Shown here piece by piece: positions 1-13,744 of a stretch of DNA of 64,000 bases. Source of the DNA: Paramecium tetraurelia (Eukaryota); the NCBI GenBank assembly GCA_000165425.1, contig CT868418.1, positions 372,001 to 436,000 on the forward strand, written 5' to 3'. The notes below the pieces were generated by a model, which was given only the letters and a program-made list of their open reading frames with translations, made no database searches and was not told where the DNA came from. The translations under genes were made by a program, and so were the position numbers. The stretch's first letter is position 1. The number at the start of each line of letters is the position of its first letter.

Positions 1-410
1 CTTTCTGTAGATGGACGGATGATAATAAATGTCAACCGTTATCTACAACGGCAACATGCACAGACTTAAGTAGCTATAAGTTCAAATGTGAAGACAATTT
101 CGCGTGTAAATATGAATCAAATTAATGTTCGTTTAGAACATGTGCTGAAATTATAGGTAAGTACAATAATTGTAGAACTCTTCCTATTAGTGGAACCGAA
201 AAGATATTATGTAGTTGGGATGGAACAACCTGTGCTGATGCAGAGGATGCAAGCGAATTAACAGAAAGTAATTGTTTTGAATGGTCTGCCTATAATTATA
301 GATGGACATCTGATAATAAATGTGAAGCATGCGATACTTTGGTATCATTTGGTAATTCAACCAGTGCTGCTATCATTCCAGTATTTTTTGCAATTGCTTT
401 TATTACCTGA
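1..410 (+). CDS. Cys-rich surface mini-antigen-like protein, 3' end (partial), probable GPI anchor
   Basis: Frame from base 3 reads FCRWTDDNKCQ...CSWDGTTCADA...YRWTSDNKCEAC. Periodic Cys/Trp, then hydrophobic tail SAAIIPVFFAIAFIT and TGA at 408-410. Confidence 0.8.
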
Positions 411-638
411 AAATATAGATATGTTCAAATTTAAATAATTTTATTTTAGTTTCTCTTCTTTATTTGAGATTTATAACAAATAAATTTGGAAATCAATTAA
501 GAATGTTGAATTTTGAAAAAGGAGTATTGAAATTGATTATGCACAACTAGAATAACTATTGGATTATGAATGAATATTACATTTAATGAACATGATGCTT
601 CATTAAATCATTTAATAAATAAATTATATTATACACAT

Positions 639-1047
639 ATGGCTGAATCTGGAAGAGAAAATTGGGCTGTTGATGAATTACTCAAGGCAGAAGAGGAGGC
701 AAATGCCATTATTAAGAATGCTTAAAAGGAGAGAGAAAAGAAAATTAAAGAGGCCAAGGTTGCAGCTGATTAAGAAATTGCCGTATTCCGTAGAGAAGAA
801 GAAACTAGATACAACTAAGAAATTTTAAGAGTAAACTAAAAATTTAGACAAATAGCGTTTTGGATCAACAAAAGAAGAAGAGGAATTGGAGAGAAAGACC
901 AAAGCTGAAATAGATAAGATTTATGCTGATTATGAAGCCAATAAGTTAGCTGTTGTTGACATGTTGATTAAAAGAGTTATTGAAGTTAAATTAGAAGTGC
1001 CTAGAGTGGTTAAGGGATAATTTGAATAGCCATAATAAACTATATGA
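639..1047 (+). CDS. V-type H+-ATPase subunit G
   Basis: MAESGRENWAVDELLKAEEEANAIIKNAQKEREKKIKEAKVAADQEIAVFRREEE...VVDMLIKRVIEV; 25-nt intron at 831-855. Confidence 0.9.
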
Positions 1048-1213
1048 GAGATGATGATGAATTCATAAAAAAATAAATAATATGTATTACATTGTTCTTT
1101 TACTTTCTCCAATATTAATTACGATTTGACAATATTATAATATCAAGTGTTCTATGAATCCCTGTCTTAGAATGTTTGATTACTTAATTTAGAATTATTC
1201 ATAAAAAAAATTA

Positions 1214-3658
1214 ATGAGAGAGATATTTGCAAATTCTAATAATATTAACACAATTTTCATAGTTAAATAGAGTGATGCCAAGAGTTAATTCGATCAAGGA
1301 AGGAAATATTAAGTTCCTGGGATAAAGGAGATATTATTCTAATTCAGATTTTATTTTATGAAAGGGATTTTGAAATATTTTGTTTATAATTTATGGCATA
1401 GTCTTTTACAATCTTATAAAATTCCTTTAAACATTTTGGACAGGGACATTACAAAGAGTCAATGGAGTAATCTACTATTTAAGTATAGGGAATTACAGAA
1501 ATTTAAGCAATTAAAAGAGCAATCTGATCAAAATCAATCTATGGTGCAAATAAATGAAAATATCATTCTTTGTGAATACAATATCACCAAAGATGCTAAT
1601 GCTTGCATAAATAAACTAGATGAAATAATTGATGAAATTAAAAAGCCTTCTCCCTAGAAAAGTAAGTATTTAGAAAATTAAATATTATTAGAGAAGAAAC
1701 AAGAAGACGATAGCATTTTATAATTCAACAAAGCAATTATGTTCTTTTTGAGTGGAAAGGTCAGATAGGCTCACAACCTATTGAAATATTTGAAAGACAA
1801 CTATAACTTGGACATTTACTTAAATATCAAGGTGCATTTGCTCTTAGTTGAAACATCATTTTAATTATAAGAATTTTTGTATGCAAGCGAATTGTATAAG
1901 AAACTATCATCGGAAGATACTTTAAAATCCTTACAAAATAAAATTACCAAGTCCAATTAAGTGGACGATTAATAATAATAATCATAGTCAATCTATACAT
2001 CATTGTTGTTAGGTTCTGATCTGCCTTATCCAGATGCACATCCAAACACTTTTAGCAAAGAGGAATTTTTATTCATATTAAACGTGATTAAATTTCGATT
2101 TTACATCGTTTCAAATACTAAGGATTGGAATAAAAAATTAAATAGTTTAGAATAAGCCTTTAAAACTTATATGCGTTAATTAGATCAATAATCAGGCATG
2201 TAATAAGATTAAGCAGTCTAATTTTCAGCAGAGACCCAACCCTATCTGAATTTGCATTCATAAATGATGTTCTAATAATTGAAGGCATAAAGACAAGTCG
2301 CTTTGAATGAAAATGTTGGACAATGCATCAAGATGATCAACCCATGTGCAGAAAAATAAAATCAATAAAATTAAGATTTTATCTAGAGTAAACAATCCTT
2401 ATATTTGACTTAAATATATAATAATTTGGGCTGTGTACATGCAAAATTGGGTAAGTATGCCTTGGCTGCAGTCTACTTCCATAAAGCCATTACCCAAACG
2501 AGATAAGTGTTATAATCACCTAATCTTTATGAAAGCGTAATTTAAACAAATGTCAAATAAAGATAATTTGCCATCTATCAAAATTTAGCTGATGCCTTGT
2601 TCATGGATTAGAAATATTAGAAAGCGTTAAACATTTATAATCAATTGCAGGAAGCTTGTAATCAAAGTGCAAAATTTTGGTACAATAGAGGTGTTTGTTA
2701 TATACAATTGTATCATGAATTTAATCCTGATAAGAATGAAATTTATGAAATATCAGAAGAACATTCTTAAATCAATACCTAAGAGGAGGGAAAGAAGATT
2801 ATACTTTAAAGCAGAGAAATTTATAGTGATGCTGATGAAGAATATTAAGATTAATTCTATAAGATTGATTAAAAGAGTGAAGAAAATAAGTTAGTACAAC
2901 CAAAAGTAATCAAAGAACTTTTAAACAATGCTATTAAGTATGATAAATAAAATATATTAAAGATCTTTCCGTAATGCTATTATATTATCGAAGAAAGAAA
3001 AGAGGGAAGAAACTATTTAGATAGATTAGGAGTAATTATTAATTGCAGGTTCGTAGTTATTTGAATCCTCAATCGTCTTTTTAACATACGCCTACCTTTG
3101 CAGAGGAGATTATAACTTAGCCTTGCAATAAGGAAAGGAGGCATTAGAATACAATCTGTCTGATAGTAATAAATACACTATAATACAATATGTACTGGAA
3201 GCCTATATTTCTACTTCAAAAATTAAAGAAGCTACAAGCTATCTTAATAGTAATGGAGTGGCTAATTTCCTAAATAAATTCATTAATTGCAATTTGTAAG
3301 TTCAGTGTAGGAATGTAATTGGAATACAAACCACTTGTTTTTCAAGTTAAAGTCCCAAGGCCATAAGTCATTTTAATTAAGCTGCTTTACATTTACATAA
3401 TAATCATTTACCTCAAGCTTGGAACTCTATTTAATCTTTGATGAGTTGCTGCGATATCACGATTAACTAAATTAATCAAGTTATTCCAGTGCCCTTTCTA
3501 AATTTATTAATATGGTATTATTTGAAATCAGGTACCTATATTATACATATTTCTTTGTAGATTAAGCGTAATTAGCCATACATTTAATAAAGAGAAGAAG
3601 ATTGTTAACAGGATAAATGGGAAAAAATAAAATATCTCTGTTAAATATTACAAAATGA
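1214..3658 (+). CDS. CNOT10: CCR4-NOT subunit 10-like TPR protein
   Basis: NNLGCVHAKLGKYALAAVYFHKAI and KFWYNRGVCYI motifs, C-terminal AIHLIKRRR, several tiny introns. Start approximate. Confidence 0.75.
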
Positions 3659-4376
3659 TATAGATATAAATAATAGTTATTTTATATATTCTTACTTTCT
3701 TTTTTTGGATTACTTGGGTTTATATCAATCATATCAAAATAGAATTTTAATTCAAATTAATTGATTTTTAGGATTTTTTAGGTACAATTAAACATATACT
3801 ATAATAATTTACATATCTAATAAAATAGAAATCAAATATATTTATTAAATTATGAAATCAAGCCAACCTTTTTGAAATATATCTTAATAATTTTATATTT
3901 TAAAACATTCAAGAATGAATGAGAATGATCTTATATAGATATTTCTCTGGTAACTGCAAAATAATTTGAAATTTCTTGAAAAATACTTCCTCCCAGGTCT
4001 CCCAAGGCGAACAAAATTTCTAATGGAAAGTCCGAAATCTAAATGGATTTTTTTCCATATGTAATATATTATTGCAAATTGAAAGTAAGTAATATATCAA
4101 AATCTTATGGAATTATTGCTTGTACTAACAAAAAATAAGAGAATAAATCTTTACAATAGATGAAATAGATGACATATTAAAATGCTTTTGAAGCATATAG
4201 CTTTTATTCAGAAATATAATAGAAATCTCAAAATGAATAGGTTTGAATAAGAAATTCCGTGATAACCTTCGATTTAAGAAGGTTTTTAGCTAATGGATAG
4301 GAACAAGGACAAGGATTTTAATAGGATGACAAATATATATGTTGGGATTATTAAAATGATTAAATATTAATAATTT

Positions 4377-5867
4377 ATGAGCAAACTTGATAATCTAAAA
4401 GTAATATGTCTTTTTATATGAAATCAGAACCTCCAAATTTAGCAGCTTAAAGAGGTAAATCCAGAGCACGGTGATTAGACAGCTGCAGTAAAGTTTACCT
4501 CGAATCGTATTAATGCTCTTGAAAAATTTGTTAGAGATTCCTTACATTAAGATAAGGAATACTTTGCAGGAGAGGTAATCAAGTTAATGACTTTAGAAAA
4601 CTACTCTTTAAAATATTATTGAGACTCTTACAACAGAGAGTAATAGACTCTAATAACATTTACATGTGAACAGAGAATCAAAATAATAAGTAATATTAGT
4701 GAATATATCTGTTAGATTGAAGCGGACCTAAAAATATCTCAAGAGGAGATTGCTAGATTACATGCGATAGTTCCATAACATGATGAAAAACAACTTCAAA
4801 ATGAGATTTAAGAGACCAAGAAAACTATTGTAAAGCTGAACAAAATGAGATAAGATGAAGCCAATGGATTGAATATCAACGATTTAAGTAAATGCTAATT
4901 CGAATTTATAGAGTAATTGAACATCAAGAACAAAGATAAGGAGAGTCCTGTCAATGAATTGTGGATTTGGTCTTTGGTTGTGATTTACAAAGAACCAGCC
5001 TCAAGTTATTATTGGAACAATTTCAAAGTATATTTATATTTGAAATATCTTTTTAGGAATAAGTGCTTGAGAAAGCTGAAGGCTCTTAAGATTTCAAGGA
5101 AAGATTAGGAAGAGTTAAAGCCGTTGACATGAAAAAAGATGAATATGAGAGAACACAAAATTTATTGAAATAAAGGGAATAGATTTTAGCAGCTGACATT
5201 TTGACACCAGCAATCAAAACCTAAATCACCAATTTCTTTAAGATTGTAGACTTGATGATAGAAGTAGAGAAACATTCCAAATCGATCCATAATAATGAAA
5301 AATTATTGCAATAAGTTTTATTTAACAATTTATTATAGCTTGCAACTGAAAAACAATAACTACAATCAGAGACCAGCAAAAACTAGGACAAGGCCTAAAT
5401 TTTGAAGGATAGAATCGCCTTTTTGGATACTATACACAAAGGTTATTAATTTATGTATGATGCAATGACCAAAAAAATACACAGCTATCAACAAGCTCAA
5501 ATTTTAAATGATAAATTCACAGAGTAAATAGAGTAAAGCTTCAGCAATTTAGATTTCTCTAAAAGTTACAATCAAGTAAAATTGTTAATCTATTCTTAGT
5601 AATATGTCCCATAAATAGTACAAACAATTCAACATGAGAACATCGAGGTTTAAGATAATCAATAAATGAAAGTTTAATAAGTTGAAGTAGAAGTATAGCA
5701 ATAACAAAATCAAGAACATCAAAAGGTTATTGAAGTGAAATAAACTCCTGAGGAATAATAGATTGACTTGTAATTACAAATTTGCTATTTATTTTATTAG
5801 ATAACAACCACCAACTGAAATTGTCCAAACAAAGACTGGAGGTTGCGAAGCTTGCAGTATTTTTTGA
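4377..5867 (+). CDS. Coiled-coil protein with dynein stalk/MTBD-like segment and C-terminal CaaX
   Basis: After removing tiny introns: ...GLNINDLKQL...SPVNELWIWSLVVIY...YYWNNFKEQVL...DFKERL flanked by coiled coils; ends GGCEACSIF-TGA. Start uncertain. Confidence 0.6.
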
Positions 5868-5927
5868 GAGAAGTGAAAATCGATAATAAATATCATAATA
5901 AAATTATATCACAAATAATATATTTTA

Positions 5928-7780
5928 ATGAAATCTATATTCCCAAACCAGGAGTTAACATCTTTGAACTATTATTATTCTCAATAATAGAACACTTAGC
6001 CATATTATTATTAAATTTAACTTACAATAAAAATAAGAGTAGTTCATTATAATCAAATTTTTGTTAAATTTAATCACTTAATAAGATTTCGGATGAATTA
6101 CTAGAAGTTATCAAAGATTCTTTCATAAGGTGTTAATCAAGTTCTAAATGCGTGTATTAGATTATTTCTAGCCACATTAACTAAGAAGGGTTTTATTACA
6201 AATATGGTAGAGCTGACATTAAATAAAACTTGGATGAATAATCTTAATTTTTAACACCAAGAAGGTCCAAAATTCATAGAAATGTAAAAGATTATAATTA
6301 TTAACAATATAATTAATATATGTAAATACCGTCTACAGAGTAAATATAAATTAAATTGCATATAGGAGCGCTGTGAGTCAAGATCACAATATCTCTAAGT
6401 GGAGGAGCTATGGTCTGCTTGAGACTGATGGAGGATCGTCTTCTTTTTCATTCCAACAAAAAAAGAAAAAGCCTATTCAAAAATCAAACACTATGCATAA
6501 TCTCAATCAAAGAGTCAAAACGTAACCTTAGGAGAATAATGATCTCAAAAATAGTTAAAGCGAATCCAAACACAGATTTAGTTAAAGAACCCAGTAAAGC
6601 ATTCCAAGCAGAAGTTCCATAAACAAATAGCCTCTTGATGATGATATATAATTTGACATGTTTTCTGTTAACCCTGGGTCAAATATTTTAAATTTGGGTT
6701 AATAAACTATTCCTATTGTCTTGTAATTGAGAACAAAAACTATAGAAGAATTAGATTAGATTGGCGTAGATTTAGTAAAATATTCTTCAATATAAGTTTT
6801 GTTTAATCGACATTAGCAATAGCATGTAAGGATAAAAAATTGAATATGTGAAATAAATCTTACACTCAATACTTTCTAATTTGAGAGAATAGGATCGATT
6901 ATGTTTGATTAGTTTTAACAATGAAGGCAAGCTGTTAACAGGTTTATAAAAAGTCACATAGGAAACTCAAGAATATTTCGCATTTGTTATTGACGATTTA
7001 TAATGCATTGGGACGACTCAATTGTGGAAAGGTACTGAAGTGGCATTCGATGTCATTAATTAAAGAAAAAATAAGAATAATTGGGCAAGAATTCTCATTT
7101 TCTCGGATGGTTAGGATGAAATAGCACTCACTAAAATTAGAAAGCAATTAGAATATAATTATGACATCTTCACTATTGATTCATTTGGTTTCAGTAATTC
7201 AAATGCAAACAAAAGATTGTCACTGATCACTAATCTAAGATTTGGAAAACATTATATAATAAATAGTGAATAATAGGTTTTTAATAGTTTGGAGGAAACC
7301 TTTGCCAATTTCCCATTCAATCAATGGGACGATATAACTATAACAATTTCAACTAATTTATAAAATATTCCATTTGAAAAGATCATGATTTCTGAAATAC
7401 ACAGTGAGGGATGGGTAGAATTGTAACATTAACATTAATATCAAATTACAATTCCCAATTTAGAAATTGGTGAATCCTTCTTATTTCCAATCGAATTGGC
7501 CTTCTACAAATTTAATGATAATATATTGGACAAGGCTAAACCGGTCTCTTTGTTAAAGGGAAAAATAGAAATGCAAAATAGCATAACAGGCAAAAGGATG
7601 ATTAAAAATGTTGAACTTGATGCCATCTTTCTTTATGAAAATGACTCTAATACTTTAGATTTTAACACATATTTTAATTGCAAATAATCACCCTTAGTTA
7701 TTTGGGTTTGCGATAAATAATAGACCTGTAATTATGTAAATTTATAATAGAATTCAATCGAAAATCATACTTTGAATTGA
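5928..7780 (+). CDS. von Willebrand factor A domain protein
   Basis: MIDAS-type LIDISNSMQGQK, DRLCLISFN, GTTQLWKG, ILIFSDGQD. Confidence 0.85.
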
Positions 7781-7979
7781 TTTGTGAGAACTTATAACTA
7801 AAATGGCAATTACAATAATAAAGAATTAAATAGCTTTATGATGAAGAACCATCATGAATTCTAAAAATTACAAATGAGTTTTGTTTATATTACATTTATG
7901 CATTGATACAAATAAGTAATTTGTTTAAATTAATCAGAAATTTAATTTTTGATATTGTAAACACATATATTTATTAACA

Positions 7980-9143
7980 TCACATTAAACGAACAGTTAA
8001 ATGGGTTCCAATATGAATAATATCAAAATTATTTTATAGACACCAACATTTAACCCACTTAACAAATTCATCAAAATCTTATTCCTTCAATGTTCTGGCT
8101 TTTTGACTTGATTCTCCAAAGTTGTAAAATGTGATTCTCTCTACATCTTTCAAAATTGAATCATGTATTTCGACACAATCTTGGCTGAATAGACACAATT
8201 CAAGATAATTAACATTGTCTTGATGATGAAATTCTACTTCCCCATATTCAAATTTAACTTAATCAACCCCTTAAACTTAATCTGAAGCTATATCAATTAT
8301 TTTAAATTCAGTTCCTTCTAAAACTACCAATTCTCTCAATAATTATTAATTTTAAAGTTACATTTTCATACCCAATTTTTCATTACACTAGTATATCTTA
8401 ACACTTTAAGAATAATAGTTTAAGATTTTCTTTAATAAGTCCTAAATTGTTTATTCTCTCAGCTTTTTAAACCCTAAAGTGTAAAAGTCAGTTTGAAAAG
8501 TTAGGTTGTTTTTTGGTATGGAGATCGTAAATTAAGGCCCTTTTTTTTAATTAGAATAAATTTATTATAGGCTTTCTTTTTTAATTTTTTACTTAAATTC
8601 ATAGGCCTCCTCCTTTTAGAAAGTGAAAAATATCCCTTTTTAGTGGCTGCTTTTCTTCTTACTCGTTTATACCTTGATATAATTAGGTTGAATCTAAAAG
8701 TCATTGTTTATCTCATCAAATTTTGGTGTAGAGCACTTACTATAGTTCTCCTTATTTTCTATGTCTTCTTGATATTTTTCTTCATAATTGATTTGGTTAT
8801 AGCTTATGTTGTAGCAGTTTGCCTAACAGATCTGAAAATTTTATTGGCCCAATATTTAATGGACATTTTGCTAATTGTCCAAAAATATTGGCTATTAGGG
8901 AATTTATTATTATTAATAGCATTAGACCTATTGAGGCTCTTATTTGATTTCCTAAAGCTGTTGGATTTGTTATTGTTATTATTATTGTTATTGTTCTAGT
9001 TCTTAGATTGCCTTTTCTTTTCTAAAATTCAATTAGAGTTCTTTTAGGGAAATAGCAATTAATTATTTGGTATTATTGTAACTTACAATGAAACCCTCAA
9101 TCTTGGTTATAGATGGCATTATTGGATAAATTATTGCATTCAT
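7980..9143 (-). CDS. Hypothetical protein with Q-rich N-terminal region
   Basis: Long code-6 frame from MNAIIYPIMPS to ...HIGTHLTVRLM-TGA with a poly-Q stretch; no family recognised. Confidence 0.6.
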
Positions 9144-9468
9144 AGTCTTAATCAATTTACTTTTAGATTTATTATTAATTTTAATTGCATTTCGGTTAAT
9201 TATATTCATAAAATACTCCTTTTAAATGGATAATAAGTGAACTTTTTAATAAAATTTATAGCAATCTAAAAAGTATGTGTAACTAAGTTAACATCATTTT
9301 AATTTAATTACATAAAAGTCTTTTTTGTTTTAAAAACCTTTTTGGTATTCAAAATAAGAATTACTAATTAAAAGAATTGGTTTTGTTAGAATAGAAGATT
9401 TATGATACTGTTAAATAACGAAATGTAATATTTAATTATAATTTTTTTTATTAATTTAATAAATTTAG

Positions 9469-10924
9469 ATGAGCAACAGTAATAAAAAAGTCCAAGATTT
9501 ATCAGGTACTAATGACAACTTATGATTCAACAATATTATCCTTATATTAGTCAATTATTTTAGATTCTTATTATAGATTTTAAGCCACCTAAACATACTT
9601 AGATTGAGAATCAATTAGAAATTCATAGGTATCAATTATCAAAATAAAAAGAACTCTGAAAGGAAATGTTCAACGTCGTTATAAGAATGATGAGTTTGAA
9701 CATAAAATAAATTAAAAAGTATCGCTTCCCAGTCTACCTAATTTTAAAAAAGCAGATTTATAAAGTGATCAGAGTATTGAATTTTATCAAATTAGAATTG
9801 CTGAATCTTTCAAATGGAACTAAGCCTCACAATAGATTGCCAAAACTGGAAGCAAAAAGCGAAGTGCCTAAACAATTAAAGTAAATATAGATGATGAAAT
9901 AATACAATTAGATTGGAAGATGCAATCATTCATTATAATAGTGTGACTCCAGAAAGAAGATAGTAGAGTCCTGAGAGACAATTGTCACTAAATAAAAAAA
10001 GATTAATGGCGAAAACATGGAATGGAGGACAATATGCCTTTAAAACAAAAGCTGGATGTTTAGCTAATAAAACGTCAAAAACTAATCAAGATTCTGGAAT
10101 AGTTTTACCCAATTGTTTGGAGAAGTAAATTAATTCAAAATGAGTAAGTTTAGGTTATAGTATGTTTGGAGTTTGTGATGGTCATGGCTCAAATGGGCAT
10201 CTAGTATCTCAATTTATAAGATAAGCACTACCTAAGCATCTCGAATAGTACTTAGTTAAAGACGACAACAAAAACAAAGTAATTTAAAAAGCATTCGAAT
10301 AAACTAATAAAGAAATATGGGATTCTGAGACTGATACATCTTTATCAGGATCTACAACAGTCTCAGTGATTATCAAAAAAGACTAACTTTGGACAGCCAA
10401 CGTTGGAGATTCTCGAGCCATTATTTGTAGGAATCAAGAAGGGAATTGGAAGGCAATATAAATTACTAGAGATCACAAACCAAATGTGGAAGATGAAAAA
10501 TAAAGAATTATTTAAGCAGGAGGAAGAGTGGAGAGTCAAAAAGGTTAGTTCTAAATTTATCTTAGATTATTATGGAAATTCAGTAGGTCCTGAAAGAGTT
10601 TGGTTATCATATATAGATGCTCCAGGATTGGCCATGACCAGAAGTTTAGGTGATAAAATAGGTGCTTAAGCTGGAGTCTCAGCAGATCCAGAAATATTTG
10701 AATTCACACTCACATAATATGATTAATGCATTATCATTGCATCTGATGGAGTTTGGGAATATCTTTCAAATGAAGATGTAATGAATGTAGTTACTCCATA
10801 CATTGAAAAAGAAAACATTGATTTAGCTGCAGATAGATTGATGGCTGAATCTATTAATGCCTGGAAGAGACATAGTTTATCCAGAGATGACATTACTTGC
10901 ATAGTTGTTTACTTAAAGAGTTGA
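9469..10924 (+). CDS. Protein phosphatase 2C (PPM family)
   Basis: FGVCDGHG, WTANVGDSRA, LTRDHKP, GLAMTRSLGD, IIASDGVWE, SRDDIT. The 5' end is approximate. Confidence 0.93.
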
Positions 10925-10933
10925 ATAATTATT

Positions 10934-13461
10934 TCAATAATCCCAAAAAATAGTGTTTTTTATCATTTCTGAATATTATGCCATTTTCTTTTCGCAAAAT
11001 CTGAACATCTCATATTCTAAGGCTTATTTACAACTAATTCTCAGTGTTGGATTTACTTCTAATAGTCGATTCATCAGTTTTATTAATTATGTATCACCAT
11101 TCACTTACTACCCAATTTTTGGAATCTTCCCAAATAATAACTCATGCATTAACACACCAATGCTATAACAATCAACTTTATTATCGTATTTTTTGTTCAT
11201 AGTTATCTCTGGTGCCATATATCCTGGTGTTCCACAATATTGTTATGCACTAGTAGCTTTGATGCAGATTCCTAAATCGGCTAGTTTAATAACTTCTCCT
11301 TATAATAATATATTCTCTGGTTTGATATCTCTGTGAATGATTCCATATTAATGGAGATAATTAACTCCTTTCAACACCTGATAGATTATATCAATTATTT
11401 ATTTTTCAGTTAATTTTTTCTCTTTTCTATAATTGAATAAAGTAATATCACCCAATTCTAAAACTAAAGCAATCTAATATAATACTAATGAATACTTATT
11501 TATCATCGTTTATAACCCCATAACATTTGAGAATATTTGGATGTTGAATGCAACTCTGAATGCAAATCTCAGTTTTTATTAGTCCTTGAATACCCTTGCT
11601 AGTGATCACCGATTTCTAAATGATTTTCAAGGCTGTCAACATACCAGTTGTAGTATCACTATTTTTAGAATTAAAGCTTATACATCACTGAATAAACATC
11701 ACTAATGTTCCCTCTTCCCAAATACTTAATCTTTTTGAATCTATTCAAACTGGACTTATCATTCTTTGACATCTACATAAATCCCTTAGGTTGGTTGAAA
11801 GTCGGACTCTTAATTGGAGTATTGACTCCAACTGAAGATTATCTCCTTTCATTTGAACACACCGAAACATTCCTGACTGGCTTTTGTATCTCAATTTATA
11901 ACTTTTAGTCTTTGATTGATTACTATTTACTATGGGTTAATTGAGTCAAAGGATTTTATTTTTTTGACGTAGATATTAATTGTTTGATCTCCTCAATCTT
12001 TTTTCTGTTTTTTTCTAAATTTTACTCATATTAGAAGCATATTTTCGGTTAAACCTTAGCATTCTCAAAACATTCCTTATTAACAATAGACATTAAAGCA
12101 ATACTCATAATATTTTACTCACTATTCTTGTCTTGTTAAAGTTGAGACAAATGTACAGATTTTAAACTGAGTATTTATGGCTCATTATTAAAAAAGGGTT
12201 ACTCATAATTTAATTAATTGTTTTAATTAAATAATTGATCAATAGTATTTTATTTCGATTATTAATCTATTTAAACTATTTTAGAAGCTTTAATAATGCT
12301 TACAGATTCAATTTCTTAAGATGAATTACGTTGATCAAATTAGTCTATAGTATTCAAATAAAAATTTAAGATATTTGGTTTTCTTTGGCCAACGTCCCTT
12401 GCAAGTTATGAAAACTTAACTGAAAACAAGGATGCTTCAATTTAATTTTTATTTTCTTATTCTGATTCCTTTTTTATAGTAGATACTAAAATTCCTACTC
12501 TTGAGATCTTGTCTGCTTTAGTTTACCTCTCTAATATTTTTAATGAATGATTATATTTAGTTGATTCAAGATCAAACTTTGGTAATTTTTAGAGAGCTGA
12601 ACTATGGATAGTCTACTCCTATTTGAGATTACTAAAATTCAATTTGATTTCTTTCGATACTTCATCATTTTGATCCTGCTTCATAGAGTGAAATTGGAAT
12701 ATATTGTTATTACTGTGTAATAAGACTGATTGTTATAATTTCACATCCTCTTTTAAAATGGAGAAATCTTGAAATACTAATTCTGAATTTATGTTAGTTT
12801 AGTCTTTTTCCATTAAGTAATATTTGGGGACATTTTTTTTTTAGAGTATTTCTTTCAACGAACAAATTTCATATTCATTAATACTTTTGACAGCCATACT
12901 ATTTGATTTTGATAAAGTTGCATTACAAAAGGTTTGTTTGAAATTGAATCCTTGCTCTTGGTTGGGAAACTAGCGATTAATCTTGAGGGACTCGTCTATT
13001 TTAATTGGACTAGATTTGTTGATAGTTTGCAGATTTAGTTTAATGAACAATTCATTTGCTCTTTTTTAAGGGGAACTCAAGACCAAGCAATCTGAAAAAC
13101 TCAATAGCTTTGATATTTTTAAACTTGATGGAATAGAAGATGGGTCGATGCAAAGGGGAGTTATTTATTAAGTTGGTTTGAAATTGCAATTTAATCGAAT
13201 TCTGGGTTTAGGCTTTACTTTATTTTAAAAGCTGATTGGCTCTTACTTCTTGAGTGGTTTTAGACTGATCATAAGGTAATTGCAATTTCGTTTATCATCT
13301 AAGTCCCAAATGCGAATTCCAATCTTGTTAGTTTAAAAATTGGAGTAGGATCTGGTTGGAAGTTTCTTGTCTGTATTTTCATTGTTACTCAAGGCTCGTT
13401 TGAGGTTGTCTTGAAGGATGTTTAATTTGTCCCTTAATCTTTCAGGTAAGACATCTGTCAT
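10934..13461 (-). CDS. Ser/Thr protein kinase (Aurora-like domain) with long N-terminal extension
   Basis: Continuous frame from MTDVLPERL to LGRGNISDVY, IIHRDIKPENILL, KLADLG, CGTPGYMAPE. Confidence 0.9.
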
Positions 13462-13739
13462 AATTATTAAAATTATAATATCAATTATGGTCTAACCATT
13501 TTTATATGTCTGCTGTAAGAGTATGTATGTTTATTCTGGGATCTAATTAAACTGTTCACATGCAATTATTCGAGCGATTCATTGTGCAGATATTCCACCG
13601 TTAATAATTTAGGATCGGTTGTTCGATAGTAATGTTTGACTTCTGGCACATAGTCGTACTCTGGCTTTCGTACTCGACGTAAGGAACCCTGAGTGAATCT
13701 CTTGTTTAATTCAAAGAATGAATTGGGAGTTGAATTCAT
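13458..13739 (-). CDS. Small hypothetical protein (~93 aa)
   Basis: MNSTPNSFFELNKRFTQGSLRRVRKPEYDYVPEVKHYY...; GC above intergenic level; the TGA overlaps the kinase ATG. Confidence 0.5.
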
Positions 13740-13744
13740 AATTA

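Noticed and set aside
3915..4370. Possible MORN-repeat remnant (ANGQEQGQG...) or small gene upstream of the CaaX gene
   Set aside because: No consistent frame could be built and the similarity is too weak to call.
8643..8999. Leu-rich 118-aa 'membrane protein' ORF in the track
   Set aside because: It is the antisense shadow of a Q-rich (TAA/CAA) minus-strand gene.
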